Notes: generated from the sequence alone by a model not told the origin. A DNA stretch of 30,199 bases from Gemmatimonadales bacterium (GCA_041309685.1 JBFYZD010000202.1:1-30199), one strand, 5' to 3'. Counted from the stretch's first letter, positions 18,007 to 26,444 are shown. Made by a program: numbers and translations.

Positions 18007-18071
18007 GGAGCCCGGACGGGGGAGCGCCGCGCAGGCGCGGCATGAGGAAGGAAGAGGAGGAGGAACCACGC

Positions 18072-20804
18072 ATGGCGACGGACACGCACTGGATTCGCTT
18101 CGTCAGGGAGCGCCTTCGCCTTCCCGGCATCGAGGGGCGCCGGGAGCGGGAGAGGGTGGCGGAGGTGGCAGCGCAGCTCGAGGACGTATACCTGGAGGCC
18201 CAACGTCAGGGGCGGAGCGAAGAGGAGGCGCACCGCCTGGCCGAGTCGCACGTGGAGGACTGGGAAGCCTTCGCCCGGGAGCTGGAGCGGGCCGAACGCT
18301 CTCGGCGCCGCTCGCGCGGGGACCGCTGGTCGGAGGAGGCCGCCGAAGCGCTCCGGCAGAGAGGCACGGGGTGGGCCTGGGCCGCGGACCTGCTCCAGGA
18401 CCTCCGCTTCGCGCTGCGGGGCATGCGGCGCGCTCCCGCCTTCACGGCCGTGGCCCTCCTGACGCTGGCGCTGGGGATCGGCGGAGCGACCACGATCTTC
18501 ACCCTCTACGACCAGGTGCTGGTCCGCTCCCTACCCTACCCGGAGTCCCACCGGCTGGTGGAGCTCTGGGAGAAGCTGGCCTCCTTCGAAAACGCCATGG
18601 TGTCCTATCCCAACTTCCTGGACTGGAGGGAGCGCAACCGGGTCTTCGAGGACGTGGCGGTCTGGAACCAGCAGCGCATGAGCCTTTCGGGCGACGGGGA
18701 GGCCGAGGAGGCCCTGGTGGCCCGGGTCTCGGCCTCCACCTTCCCCCTCCTTAGGGCGAACGCGGCGCAGGGGCGGACCTTCCTCCCGGAGGAGGACCGC
18801 CTGGGAGCCCCTCCGGTGGTGATCCTCAGCCACGCCTTCTGGCAGGAGCGCATGGGAGGCGACCCCGGCGCCGTGGGACGCACCCTGGTCCTGGAGGACA
18901 CGCCCTACGAGGTCGTGGGCATCCTCCCCCCCGGGCTCCAGTACCCTCCGCGCCTGGGGGGGGTGGACCTCTACGCCCCCGTGGAGCAGTTCGCCCGGGG
19001 GTGGATCGAGAACCGAGGGAACCACCCGGGACTCCTGGGGCTGGCCCGCCTTCGCCCGGGGGTGACGCTGGAGGAGGCCCGGGAAGACATGGAGCGGGTG
19101 GCCCGGGAGCTGGAAGAGGAGCACATGGACACCAATGAGGGGAGCAGGGTGCAGGTGGCACCCCTCCAGGAACGGGTGACCCACGACGCCCGGGAGCCCA
19201 TCCTCCTTCTCCTCCTGGCCGTGGGCCTCCTCCTGGTCATGGCATGCATCAACGTGGCCGCCCTGGTCCTGGCCCGGGCCACCGGGCGAGAGCAGGAGAT
19301 GGCGGTGCGGGCCAGCCTGGGGGCGGCGCGGGGGCGGGTCCTGCGCCTCCTCCTCACCGAGACCCTCGTCCTCTGGACGGCGGGTGGGGCGCTGGGCTTG
19401 CTCCTGGCCCGGGGCGGCGTGGGCTCCCTCGCCCGTCTCCTGGCGGACGAGATCCCCCCGGTCTTCCGTCTGGGGGTGGACCTGAGGGTAGTGGGGGTGG
19501 CCCTCTCCCTCTCCCTTCTCACCGGACTCCTCTTCGGCCTCCCGCCCGCGCTCCGGGTGGTGGGGCAGGACCTGAAGGAGTTCCTGAAGGAAGGGAGAAG
19601 GGCCACCGGAGGGATGGGACGCCGCCGCCTGCGGAGCGCCCTGGTGGTGGCCGAGGTGAGCCTCGCGGTGGCCCTCCTGGCGGGGGCGGGGTTGGCGCTG
19701 CGCAGCTTCGCCCGGATCCTGGGCACCTCTCCGGGGCTGGACCCGGCCAGCGTCCTCACCGTGGAGGTTAATCTCTCCCCCCTCCGTTACCCAGAGGCGG
19801 CGGGGCGCACCGCCTTCTACGTCCAACTCCTGGACCAGCTCCGGGCGCTTCCCGGTGTCGCCTCGGCCGCCACCACCTATGTGGTGCCCATGGGCCCGGG
19901 AGGGTGGCAGAACGGCTTCCACGTGGAGGGAGCGCCCCCGGAGGAGGGTGGCCAGCAGACCTTCGCGGAGGTCAGCGCGGTCTCCAACGGCTACTTCCGC
20001 ACCCTGGGGATCCCCCTGACGCGGGGCCGGGACTTCACCCGGCAGGACGACACCGACGCCCCCGGCGTGGTGATCGTGGACGAGGGAACCGCGGCTCGAT
20101 ACTGGCCGGGTGAGGACCCCATCGGGAAGCGGCTCAAGTGGGGAAGCCACGACTCGGGGAACCCCTGGATGGAGGTCGTGGGCGTGGCCGGCGAGGTGAA
20201 GGTGAACGGGGTGGTGCAGGAAGCGCTCCCGCAACTCTACATCCCCCACTGGCAGGACAACGACGACGGGTACTTCCTCCTGGTGAAGAGCCGGGGAGAC
20301 CCTCTGGCCCTGGTGGAGCCGGTCGGGCGCATCCTCCGGGGGCTGGACCCGACCATCCCCATGGCCAGCGTCCAGACCATGGAAGGCTACCTGCGGGAGA
20401 CCACCCGCACGCAGCGCCTCCTGGCCCTCCTCATGGCCGTGTTCGCCGGCGCCGCCGCCCTCCTGGCGGCCGTGGGGATATACGGGGTCATGGCCCGGGT
20501 CACCGCGGAGCGGAGCCACGAGATCGGGGTGAGGGTGGCGCTGGGAGCACGGAGCCCCCAGGTGCTGGGGATGGTCCTGAGGGAGGGGCTGACCAGGGTG
20601 GGCGTGGGCGTGGCCCTGGGAATGGGGCTGGCCCTGGGGCTGGGCCGCGCCATGTCCGCCCAGCTCTTCGGGATCTCGGCGGCGGACCCGCTCACCTTCC
20701 TCCTGACGCCCCTGGCGGTGGCGGCCCTGGCGTTGGCGGCCAACCTCCTCCCCGCCTGCCGGGCCACGCGAGTCGATCCGGCAAGAGCGCTGCAGGCGGA
20801 GTAG
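18072..20804 (+). CDS. ADOP-family MacB/FtsX-like permease with N-terminal 'permease prefix' helical domain (910 aa). Alternative start 18003.
   Basis: Strong RBS GAGGAGGAGG lies 8 nt before ATG 18072 (MATDTHWIRFVRERLRLPGIEGRRERERVAEVAAQLEDVYLEAQRQGRSEEEAHRLAESHVEDWEAF…). The core follows: …LLQDLRFALRGMRRAPAFTAVALLTLALGIGGATTIFTLYDQVLVRSLPYPESHRLVELWE…, then periplasmic domains and two FtsX 4-TM modules. Pairing with PadR is typical. Confidence 0.8.
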   Translation: MATDTHWIRFVRERLRLPGIEGRRERERVAEVAAQLEDVYLEAQRQGRSEEEAHRLAESHVEDWEAFARELERAERSRRRSRGDRWSEEAAEALRQRGTGWAWAADLLQDLRFALRGMRRAPAFTAVALLTLALGIGGATTIFTLYDQVLVRSLPYPESHRLVELWEKLASFENAMVSYPNFLDWRERNRVFEDVAVWNQQRMSLSGDGEAEEALVARVSASTFPLLRANAAQGRTFLPEEDRLGAPPVVILSHAFWQERMGGDPGAVGRTLVLEDTPYEVVGILPPGLQYPPRLGGVDLYAPVEQFARGWIENRGNHPGLLGLARLRPGVTLEEAREDMERVARELEEEHMDTNEGSRVQVAPLQERVTHDAREPILLLLLAVGLLLVMACINVAALVLARATGREQEMAVRASLGAARGRVLRLLLTETLVLWTAGGALGLLLARGGVGSLARLLADEIPPVFRLGVDLRVVGVALSLSLLTGLLFGLPPALRVVGQDLKEFLKEGRRATGGMGRRRLRSALVVAEVSLAVALLAGAGLALRSFARILGTSPGLDPASVLTVEVNLSPLRYPEAAGRTAFYVQLLDQLRALPGVASAATTYVVPMGPGGWQNGFHVEGAPPEEGGQQTFAEVSAVSNGYFRTLGIPLTRGRDFTRQDDTDAPGVVIVDEGTAARYWPGEDPIGKRLKWGSHDSGNPWMEVVGVAGEVKVNGVVQEALPQLYIPHWQDNDDGYFLLVKSRGDPLALVEPVGRILRGLDPTIPMASVQTMEGYLRETTRTQRLLALLMAVFAGAAALLAAVGIYGVMARVTAERSHEIGVRVALGARSPQVLGMVLREGLTRVGVGVALGMGLALGLGRAMSAQLFGISAADPLTFLLTPLAVAALALAANLLPACRATRVDPARALQAE

Positions 20805-20823
20805 CCTCCCGAGCCCCCCCCCG

Positions 20824-21116
20824 CTACTCCGCCCGCACGAGCCTCAGGAGGGTGCGGGTGCCCGCCGTCGGGTAGGGGAGGCCGGCGGCCCCCCTCAACC
20901 GGGGTTCCTCCGGTAGCGCTCCGAGGCTCTCATGGTACCTGGGAGGCCCAGGAGCACCGCGTCCACCACGGAGAAGATCGCGGTGTTGGTCCCGATGCCG
21001 ACGGCCAGGGTGATCCCCGCCAACGCCGTGAAGAGCGGCCTCCGTGCCAGCACCCTCAACGCCGTGCGCAGGTCTCGCAGGAAACCCTCCGCGGCCCATC
21101 CCCCCCGCGTAGGCAC
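20824..21116 (-). pseudogene. Decayed 5' fragment of another ADOP-family permease gene
   Basis: The minus strand reads …[50 protein letters not shown] and then hits a stop. A second frame continues with …GLPYPTAGTRTLLRLVRAE* before terminating 20 nt from the stop of the convergent permease. Only about 90 codons of an ~800-codon family member remain. Confidence 0.5.
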
Positions 21117-21240
21117 CAGGCGTCAGGAAGGGCGCCCCATGCCTCCCCCATCCCTCCCCCCGGTGGCCGCCAACTCGGCCTCCCACCCCTCGCCGGTCAG
21201 GCCGAACCCCGGCCTCAAGAGCCCGTGCCCTCCTCCCCTC

Positions 21241-21690
21241 TCAGCTCTTGGGTTCCCGGTAATAGCTCTTGTGGATGATCTTCCACTCCCCATTCACCTT
21301 CAACAGGGACATGTAGTCCACGAAGCGGATGGTGGGGTAATCCAGGATGATCTTCCCCACCGCCGCAGTGCCGGCGATGTCCACCGCCTCTATGGTGCGA
21401 ACGCGCTGGGCCTCGTCCGGGGCGGGCCGGCCCGAGAACCCGGAGAGGAAGTCCTCCAGGGTGATGGTCCTCATCGACCCGTCTTCCAGGACGTAGGTGA
21501 GGTGGGCTTCGGGGTGGAAGGCCCTGGCCATGATCGCCCGATCCCCCGTGGCGTGCCCCTGGATGTAGTACCCCAGGGCCTCCCTCACCGCCGCTTCTTC
21601 GCCCGGCCCCTGCGCCGCCAGGAAATCGGGGAGGAACGTGAAACAGACGAACGGGAGGAGGAACGCCATCGTTGTTTTCAGACTGCCCAT
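21241..21690 (-). CDS. Secreted NTF2-fold (SnoaL/DUF4440-like) protein, 149 aa
   Basis: Signal peptide MGSLKTTMAFLLPFVCFTFLPDFLAAQG, then an NTF2-like cone fold (…REALGYYIQGHATGDRAIMARAFHPEAHLTYV…WKIIHKSY). RBS GAGGA lies 7 nt before ATG 21690. Confidence 0.6.
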   Translation of the reverse strand: MGSLKTTMAFLLPFVCFTFLPDFLAAQGPGEEAAVREALGYYIQGHATGDRAIMARAFHPEAHLTYVLEDGSMRTITLEDFLSGFSGRPAPDEAQRVRTIEAVDIAGTAAVGKIILDYPTIRFVDYMSLLKVNGEWKIIHKSYYREPKS

Positions 21691-21815
21691 GTTTCGGTCC
21701 TCTCGGAAGAAGGGGATCGGGATCGAGGCTGGAAACCCGACTGTGCCTGAAGGCTACGAATCGGGAAGGTATGTATTACTTTTCTCCTGCACACCAGCCC
21801 CCAAACCGAGGACCC

Positions 21816-22202
21816 ATGGCCAAGATCCTCATCGTCGATTGGGAAGAAGAAGCGCGTGTCCGCCTCTGGTCCATCCTGGAGGAGGAGGGGCACCAGCTCT
21901 TCTTTGCCTCGGACGGGAAGACGGCGCTGGAGCTCTGGCAGAAGAAGAACATAGCGCTGGTGGTCACGGAGCTCTACGTCCCGGAGCTCAACGGGCTCCG
22001 CCTCATCAAGGAGCTGATGGAACGGGACCCCACCGCCCGGATCGTGGCCATTTCCGAAATCAGCGCCGACCAGCTCGCCCTGGCGGAGGACCTGGGGGCT
22101 TCCGCCATCCTCTACAAGCCGGTCAAGCCCAAGGCGCTCCTGGAAGCGGTCACCAAGGCCCTGGAGGGGTACCGCCCCAAACGGGCCGACAAATGGCGAT
22201 AG
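21816..22202 (+). CDS. Single-domain response regulator (CheY-like REC), with Glu in place of the phospho-acceptor Asp
   Basis: RBS GAGGA lies 5 nt before ATG 21816. MAKILIVDWEEEARV…IALVVTELYVPELNG…RIVAISEIS…ILYKPVKP aligns to CheY DD…D57…T87…K109 as D-W…E…S…K. The acid-pocket pair is D/W and the D57 position is E. No output domain. Confidence 0.7.
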   Translation: MAKILIVDWEEEARVRLWSILEEEGHQLFFASDGKTALELWQKKNIALVVTELYVPELNGLRLIKELMERDPTARIVAISEISADQLALAEDLGASAILYKPVKPKALLEAVTKALEGYRPKRADKWR

Positions 22203-22335
22203 GGGTGGCGGTGGCCTGGACCAGCAGCGCACCGGGGGTGGCGAGCGTGGACCGGGGTTCGGGGCTCGCGAGCGCCGTGTCCAGCGGGAAGGCCATCGTG
22301 ACGGCCAGGGCCGGAAGCAAGGAGGGGTGAACAAG

Positions 22336-23370
22336 ATGACGGTGCTCCCCCCCGACCGGGCCAAGGTGGCCTTCTGGAACCGCGCCCTCTCGCCCTACAT
22401 CGGCCCCGAGACCTCCAGGAGCGTGGGCCAACTCCTCGCCTCGGCGCTTCCCTTCGTGGGCCTCTGGACGCTGGCCTACCTGGCCCTCGACGTGAGCTGG
22501 TGGCTCACCCTGGCCCTGGCGGTCCCCACCGCCGGCTTTCTCATGCGCCTCTTCATGATCCAGCACGACTGCGGCCATGGGTCCTTCTTCAGGAGCCGGA
22601 GGGCCCGGGATTGGACGGGACGCGTCATCGGGGTTCTCACCCTCACCCCCTATGAGTACTGGCGCAAGACCCACGCGTACCATCACGCCCATTCCGGGGA
22701 TCTGGACCTGAGGGGGTTTGGAGACATCGAGACGCTGACGGTGGCCGAGTACACCGCCCTGCCCTGGCCCAAGCGACTGGGCTACCGTCTGTACCGGCAC
22801 CCGGTGGTGCTCTTCGGAATCGGCGCCGTCTTCCACTTCCTGGTGATCCACCGGTTCCCCTGGGACACTCCCCGGGAGTGGAAGAAGGCCTGGCAGAGCG
22901 TGTGGTGGACCAACCTGGCCCTGACCGGGGTCGTGGCCGTCATGGCCCTCACCATCGGCCTGAAGGCCTTCCTCCTGGTGCACGGGCCCGTGGTCGTGGT
23001 CACCTGCGCCGCGGGGGTATGGCTCTTCTACGTGCAGCATCAGTTCGAGAATACCTACTGGCACCGGCATGAGAGCTGGGATTATTACGATGCGGCCCTG
23101 GAGGGCTCTTCCCATCTGCTCCTCCCCCGGCCCCTCCAATGGCTCACCGCCAACATCGGCATCCACCACGTACACCACCTCAGCGCCCGCATCCCCAACT
23201 ACCGGCTCCAGGAAGCGATGGAGGCGGTCCCGGAGCTCAAGGCGGCCACTCGCATCCGGATCCGCGACACCATCGAGCTGGTCCGCCTCACCCTCTGGGA
23301 TGAGGTGGAGGAGCGTCTGGTGCGGTTCGGAGAAGCCCGGAGGCTCTCGCGGGAGCGCCGGCCCGCCTGA
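22336..23370 (+). CDS. Membrane fatty-acid desaturase (di-iron, three His boxes), 344 aa
   Basis: His boxes HDCGH, HAYHH and HHVHH are present, with 4 TM segments. RBS AAGGAGG lies 10 nt before ATG 22336. The GTG at 22327 is only 1 nt from the SD and so is disfavoured. Confidence 0.8.
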   Translation: MTVLPPDRAKVAFWNRALSPYIGPETSRSVGQLLASALPFVGLWTLAYLALDVSWWLTLALAVPTAGFLMRLFMIQHDCGHGSFFRSRRARDWTGRVIGVLTLTPYEYWRKTHAYHHAHSGDLDLRGFGDIETLTVAEYTALPWPKRLGYRLYRHPVVLFGIGAVFHFLVIHRFPWDTPREWKKAWQSVWWTNLALTGVVAVMALTIGLKAFLLVHGPVVVVTCAAGVWLFYVQHQFENTYWHRHESWDYYDAALEGSSHLLLPRPLQWLTANIGIHHVHHLSARIPNYRLQEAMEAVPELKAATRIRIRDTIELVRLTLWDEVEERLVRFGEARRLSRERRPA

Positions 23371-23395
23371 GTCGAACCGGGCAGCGGATGCACCC

Positions 23396-23543
23396 CGAAG
23401 AGCCGCAGTCGAAGACCCGAGGGGGTACCGGGATGTGGCCCCGGCCCCCCGGCCCCGCCCCGAAGGCGACTCTACGGCTCCCCCGGCAAGCCCGATTGCG
23501 GAGCCACTCGAAGAGCCGTAGTCGGAGCCGCCGGGGCGGGGCC
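23396..23543. repeat. Imperfect 19-bp direct repeat flanked by a GC 12-bp inverted repeat, in a convergent intergenic region
   Basis: The direct repeat is CGAAGAGCCGCAGTCGAAG (23396-23414) versus CGAAGAGCCGTAGTCGGAG (23509-23527), 17/19 identical. The inverted repeat is GGCCCCGCCCCG (23451-23462) versus CGGGGCGGGGCC (23532-23543), an exact reverse complement. Confidence 0.4.
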
Positions 23544-23577
23544 GCGGGGCCAGGGCCATACCCGGGGGGCTCGCCCC

Positions 23578-24006
23578 TTACCCGATCCCGACCATCTCGA
23601 TCTCGAAGGTCAGATCCTTCCCCGCCAGGGGGTGGTTGGCGTCCATCTTCACGAACCCCTCGTCGGATCCGGTCACCAGAACGTCCATCTGGCGCCCGTC
23701 CCGGGTCTCCATGCGCATCGTCTCGCCCACCTGGGGATCGTAGCCCTGAGGGAGGTTCTCCCGGGGCACCGTGAAGGTGAGCTGTTTCAGCCTGGGACCG
23801 TAGGCCTGGTCCGCAGGAATCGTCTCGCTCTTCGTCTCCCCCACCACCATTCCCAGCACGGCCTTCTCGAACCCCGCAACCACCTGCCCCTTCCCGAGCT
23901 GGAACACCAGGGGATCCCGGCCCCGGGAGCTATCGAAGACCGTCCCGTCGTCGAGCTTCCCCGTGTAATGGATGTGGACGAAGTCGCCGCTCTTGGCTTC
24001 GCTCAT
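23578..24006 (-). CDS. slyD: FKBP-type peptidyl-prolyl cis-trans isomerase, SlyD-like (142 aa)
   Basis: MSEAKSGDFVHIHYTGKLDDGTVFDSSRGRDPLVFQLGKGQVVAGFEKAVLGMVVGE… is an FKBP fold with an inserted IF/flap domain and a …DLTFEIEMVGI ending. No His-rich tail. Confidence 0.75.
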   Translation of the reverse strand: MSEAKSGDFVHIHYTGKLDDGTVFDSSRGRDPLVFQLGKGQVVAGFEKAVLGMVVGETKSETIPADQAYGPRLKQLTFTVPRENLPQGYDPQVGETMRMETRDGRQMDVLVTGSDEGFVKMDANHPLAGKDLTFEIEMVGIG

Positions 24007-24022
24007 GGCACTCTCTTCCCGT

Positions 24023-24054
24023 GGAAACAAGGGCGGGCCGGAGAAGCCCGTCCT
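24023..24054 (-). terminator. Putative intrinsic terminator after the NfeD-flotillin operon
   Basis: On the minus strand there is a GGACGGGC-uucuccg-GCCCGCCC hairpin (7/8 bp, GC-rich), followed by UUGUUUCC. It lies between the flotillin stop (24113) and the FKBP start (24006). Confidence 0.35.
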
Positions 24055-24112
24055 CCAGCCCGCCGCAACGCGCCCGGGATAGCTAACCCCGAAGGGGGAA
24101 AAGGTTCAGCCC

Positions 24113-25402
24113 CTACTTCCCGCCTTTCCCGATCTTCTTCGCCGCCCCCTGAAGGACCTCCTGGATATCCACCCCGACGGCCGCGGAGACCGCTTCCAGG
24201 GTGCCCAACGCTCCATGGACCCTCTGGTTCACGGCGTTGGCCACACCCTGTCCGCCACCCCCATCCAGCACCACCACCCGGTCGATGTCCACGCCCTCCA
24301 CTGCGGCGATGGAGGTCTCCAGGAGCTGGGGCAGCTTCTCCGCCAGGAGAACGGCAAAGGCGTTGTCCCCGCCCTGCTTCACCTGCTCGTAGAGCATCTT
24401 CAGCGCTTCGGCGCTCGCCTTCCCGCGGGCCAGGATGGGAGCCGCCTCCCCCTCCGCCCGGGCCTTCGCCGCCGTCATGGCGGCGTTGGCCGGCTCCACC
24501 ACATCGGCCTGGAGCCGGAGCTTCTCCCGCTCCACCCTGCGGCTCTCCAGCGCCTTCTGGGCTTCCACCTCCGCCTCCTCGGCCCTCACCTGGGCCGTTC
24601 TCTCCACGATCTGCGCCTCCCGGTCCAGCTCGGCCTTCCGCACCCGAAGCAGGTTCTTCGCCTCGGCGATCTGCACGTCGGCCTGGGCTTCCTTGACCTC
24701 GGCGATCTGCCGGGCGGAGGCCTGGCGCTGCCGGGTCTCCGCCGCCGCGTCGGCTTCGGCGATCTCGGCGTCCCGGACCGCCTCGGCCGCCTTCTTCCGG
24801 CCGATGGCCTCCAGGTAGCCCCGTTCGTCGCTGACGTTCTGGATCTTCAGCACATCCAGATGGAAGCCCAGGGCCGCAAGGTCCTCCCCCGCGTCCTCCG
24901 CCAGGGCCGCCGCGAACCCCAGCCGGTCCTCGTTCACCGCCTCCGGGGTCAGAGTGGCCAGCACCCCGCGCAGGTTCCCCATGAGGGTGTCCCGGGCCAG
25001 GTCCCGGATCTCGTCCTCCGTCTTCCCCAGAAGACGCTCCACGGCGTTGTTGAAGACCGTCTGGGGCTCCGAGGCGATCTTCACGTTGGCGATGGCCTCG
25101 ATGTTCAGGGGGATGTTCCCCTTCGAGAAGGCGTTGGTCACGCTGATCTCGATGGGGATGGTCTCCAGCGAGACGTACTGCACCGTCTCGATGATGGGGA
25201 CCCGAAAAGCCCGGCCTCCGGTAACGGACCGGTAGCCCACCGACTCCCCGCTTTCGAGCCTCCGCTGCTTCCCGGTGAGGACCGCCGCCATGTTGGGGGG
25301 CACAATGACGATGAGGGACTTGATGGTGAGGATGGCCACCACGGCCACCACCAGGAGAGTGAAGGCCAGCGCCACGGCGCTGGCGATGAGGTCCGGATTC
25401 AT
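24113..25402 (-). CDS. Flotillin-like SPFH/band-7 protein (YqiK/FloA-like), 429 aa
   Basis: N-terminal TM, then an SPFH domain (…AFRVPIIETVQYVSLETIPIEISVTNAFSKGNIPLNIEAIANVKI…). Next comes a long Ala/Glu-rich coiled-coil (…EAEVEAQKALESRRVEREKLRLQ…) and a C-terminal tail. RBS GGGAGG is present. Confidence 0.8.
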   Translation of the reverse strand: MNPDLIASAVALAFTLLVVAVVAILTIKSLIVIVPPNMAAVLTGKQRRLESGESVGYRSVTGGRAFRVPIIETVQYVSLETIPIEISVTNAFSKGNIPLNIEAIANVKIASEPQTVFNNAVERLLGKTEDEIRDLARDTLMGNLRGVLATLTPEAVNEDRLGFAAALAEDAGEDLAALGFHLDVLKIQNVSDERGYLEAIGRKKAAEAVRDAEIAEADAAAETRQRQASARQIAEVKEAQADVQIAEAKNLLRVRKAELDREAQIVERTAQVRAEEAEVEAQKALESRRVEREKLRLQADVVEPANAAMTAAKARAEGEAAPILARGKASAEALKMLYEQVKQGGDNAFAVLLAEKLPQLLETSIAAVEGVDIDRVVVLDGGGGQGVANAVNQRVHGALGTLEAVSAAVGVDIQEVLQGAAKKIGKGGK

Positions 25403-25421
25403 GAGTGCCTCCCTGGCAAGG

Positions 25422-26096
25422 TTACGGTTCCAGCAACAGGTCTTCCACGGGGGCCACCTTCGCCACCCCGTGCTCCATTTCCACGACCATCACTGCCTTC
25501 CAGGTGGCGGGGTCCCCCTGCTCCGCCGCCGAGGCGTGAGGGAGGGCCCTCAGCTCCAGTCGCCGTCCCCCCCGCTCCACCACGATCTTCCCCGGAACCC
25601 CGAACCGGAGGGGAAGCGTCACCTTCCCCCGCAAGCCCGAGTAGGTGGCCTCGGACTGGAGCGTGCCCGATTCGGTCCGTTTCACGTAGGAGAACGCGAC
25701 GTTGATCAGGCTCCCCGAAGCCACCCCCGATGCCACCGCAAAGGCGCCCGTGAGGAAGGGGTTTCCGCTCCAGACGAAGGTAAGGAGAGTGCCCACCGAG
25801 CCGAAGCCGAAGAGGGAGTAGAACAGGGTCCGGATGGAGAAGACCTTGGAGGCAAGGTGCGCGGAGTCGGCCTGAAGCTCGGTGTGAACCGTGTTCACGT
25901 CCACATGGCCCCCACCCAGATCCAGCGACCCGCCGTCCACGTCCAGGTGCCCGGCATCCAACCCCAGGTCCCCGTCCAGGCCACCCACATCCCCTCCGAA
26001 GTCCACGTCTCCGTGGCCCCCGAAGAGGTCGCCGAAGACCGAAAGGGCGAGGAATCCGCCGCCGAGGATCAGGGAGAACACGTAAAGGGCGACCAT
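25422..26096 (-). CDS. NfeD-like membrane protein (YqiJ-type flotillin partner), 224 aa
   Basis: RBS GGAGG lies 5 nt before ATG 26096 (MVALYVFSLILGGGFLALSVF…). There is an Asp/Gly/His-rich low-complexity stretch, TM segments and a C-terminal OB-fold-like beta domain (…LRGKVTLPLRFGVPGKIVVERGGRRLELRAL…). It sits immediately 5' of the flotillin gene. The ORF track's 643-aa extension is unsupported. Confidence 0.65.
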   Translation of the reverse strand: MVALYVFSLILGGGFLALSVFGDLFGGHGDVDFGGDVGGLDGDLGLDAGHLDVDGGSLDLGGGHVDVNTVHTELQADSAHLASKVFSIRTLFYSLFGFGSVGTLLTFVWSGNPFLTGAFAVASGVASGSLINVAFSYVKRTESGTLQSEATYSGLRGKVTLPLRFGVPGKIVVERGGRRLELRALPHASAAEQGDPATWKAVMVVEMEHGVAKVAPVEDLLLEP

Positions 26097-26444
26097 GCTG
26101 CCTCCGGGGTGGGGGTTCCCTGGGGCGGGTACTCTCCAGGGCCCAGGGAACGCCGCCGTACTGGTCGAGATACGGGCGCAATCAGGCGAAGCTTCAGGGG
26201 CAAGATGCCGGTCGGTCCAGCCCCGCACCAGGGAGACCCCGGCGCCGGGTGGGAGAACCTCGAGGCGGCAGGCAATGGACGGCTCGGCACCGCTCCGTTG
26301 CCGAGCCCACCCTCGTGTCGGTAGGATCTCCCACCGATGGAGTGGGTATTCACCTCCGCTTCCGCCCCCCCACGGGGCGGTCGCCATCGTGGGCCCCGGA
26401 CGGGGCCTTCCGGCCCGAGCCCAACCCGCCGATCTCAGGGGATC

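Noticed and set aside
18531-20519. 662-aa minus-strand ORF and the overlapping 18826-19161 and 18971-19759 ORFs
   Set aside because: They are antisense to ADOP permease 3.
21121-21240. C-rich polypyrimidine tract, G4-prone on the minus strand, upstream of the ADOP remnant
   Set aside because: G-tracts are frequent at this GC content. There is no evidence of function beyond possibly being the dead gene's former 5' region.
26112-26307. Several short perfect inverted repeats in the NfeD/rhodanese divergent region (GTTCCCTGG…CCAGGGAAC; GGCTCGGCA-n9-TGCCGAGCC)
   Set aside because: Each one alone is plausible as an operator or attenuator. There is no accompanying U-tract or recognisable motif, and such 9-bp GC palindromes are expected by chance in GC-rich intergenic DNA.
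24215-26324. Plus-strand ORFs 24215-25705 (496 aa) and 25275-26324 (349 aa)
   Set aside because: They are antisense to the flotillin and NfeD-like genes, which have clear SPFH and NfeD features and RBSs.
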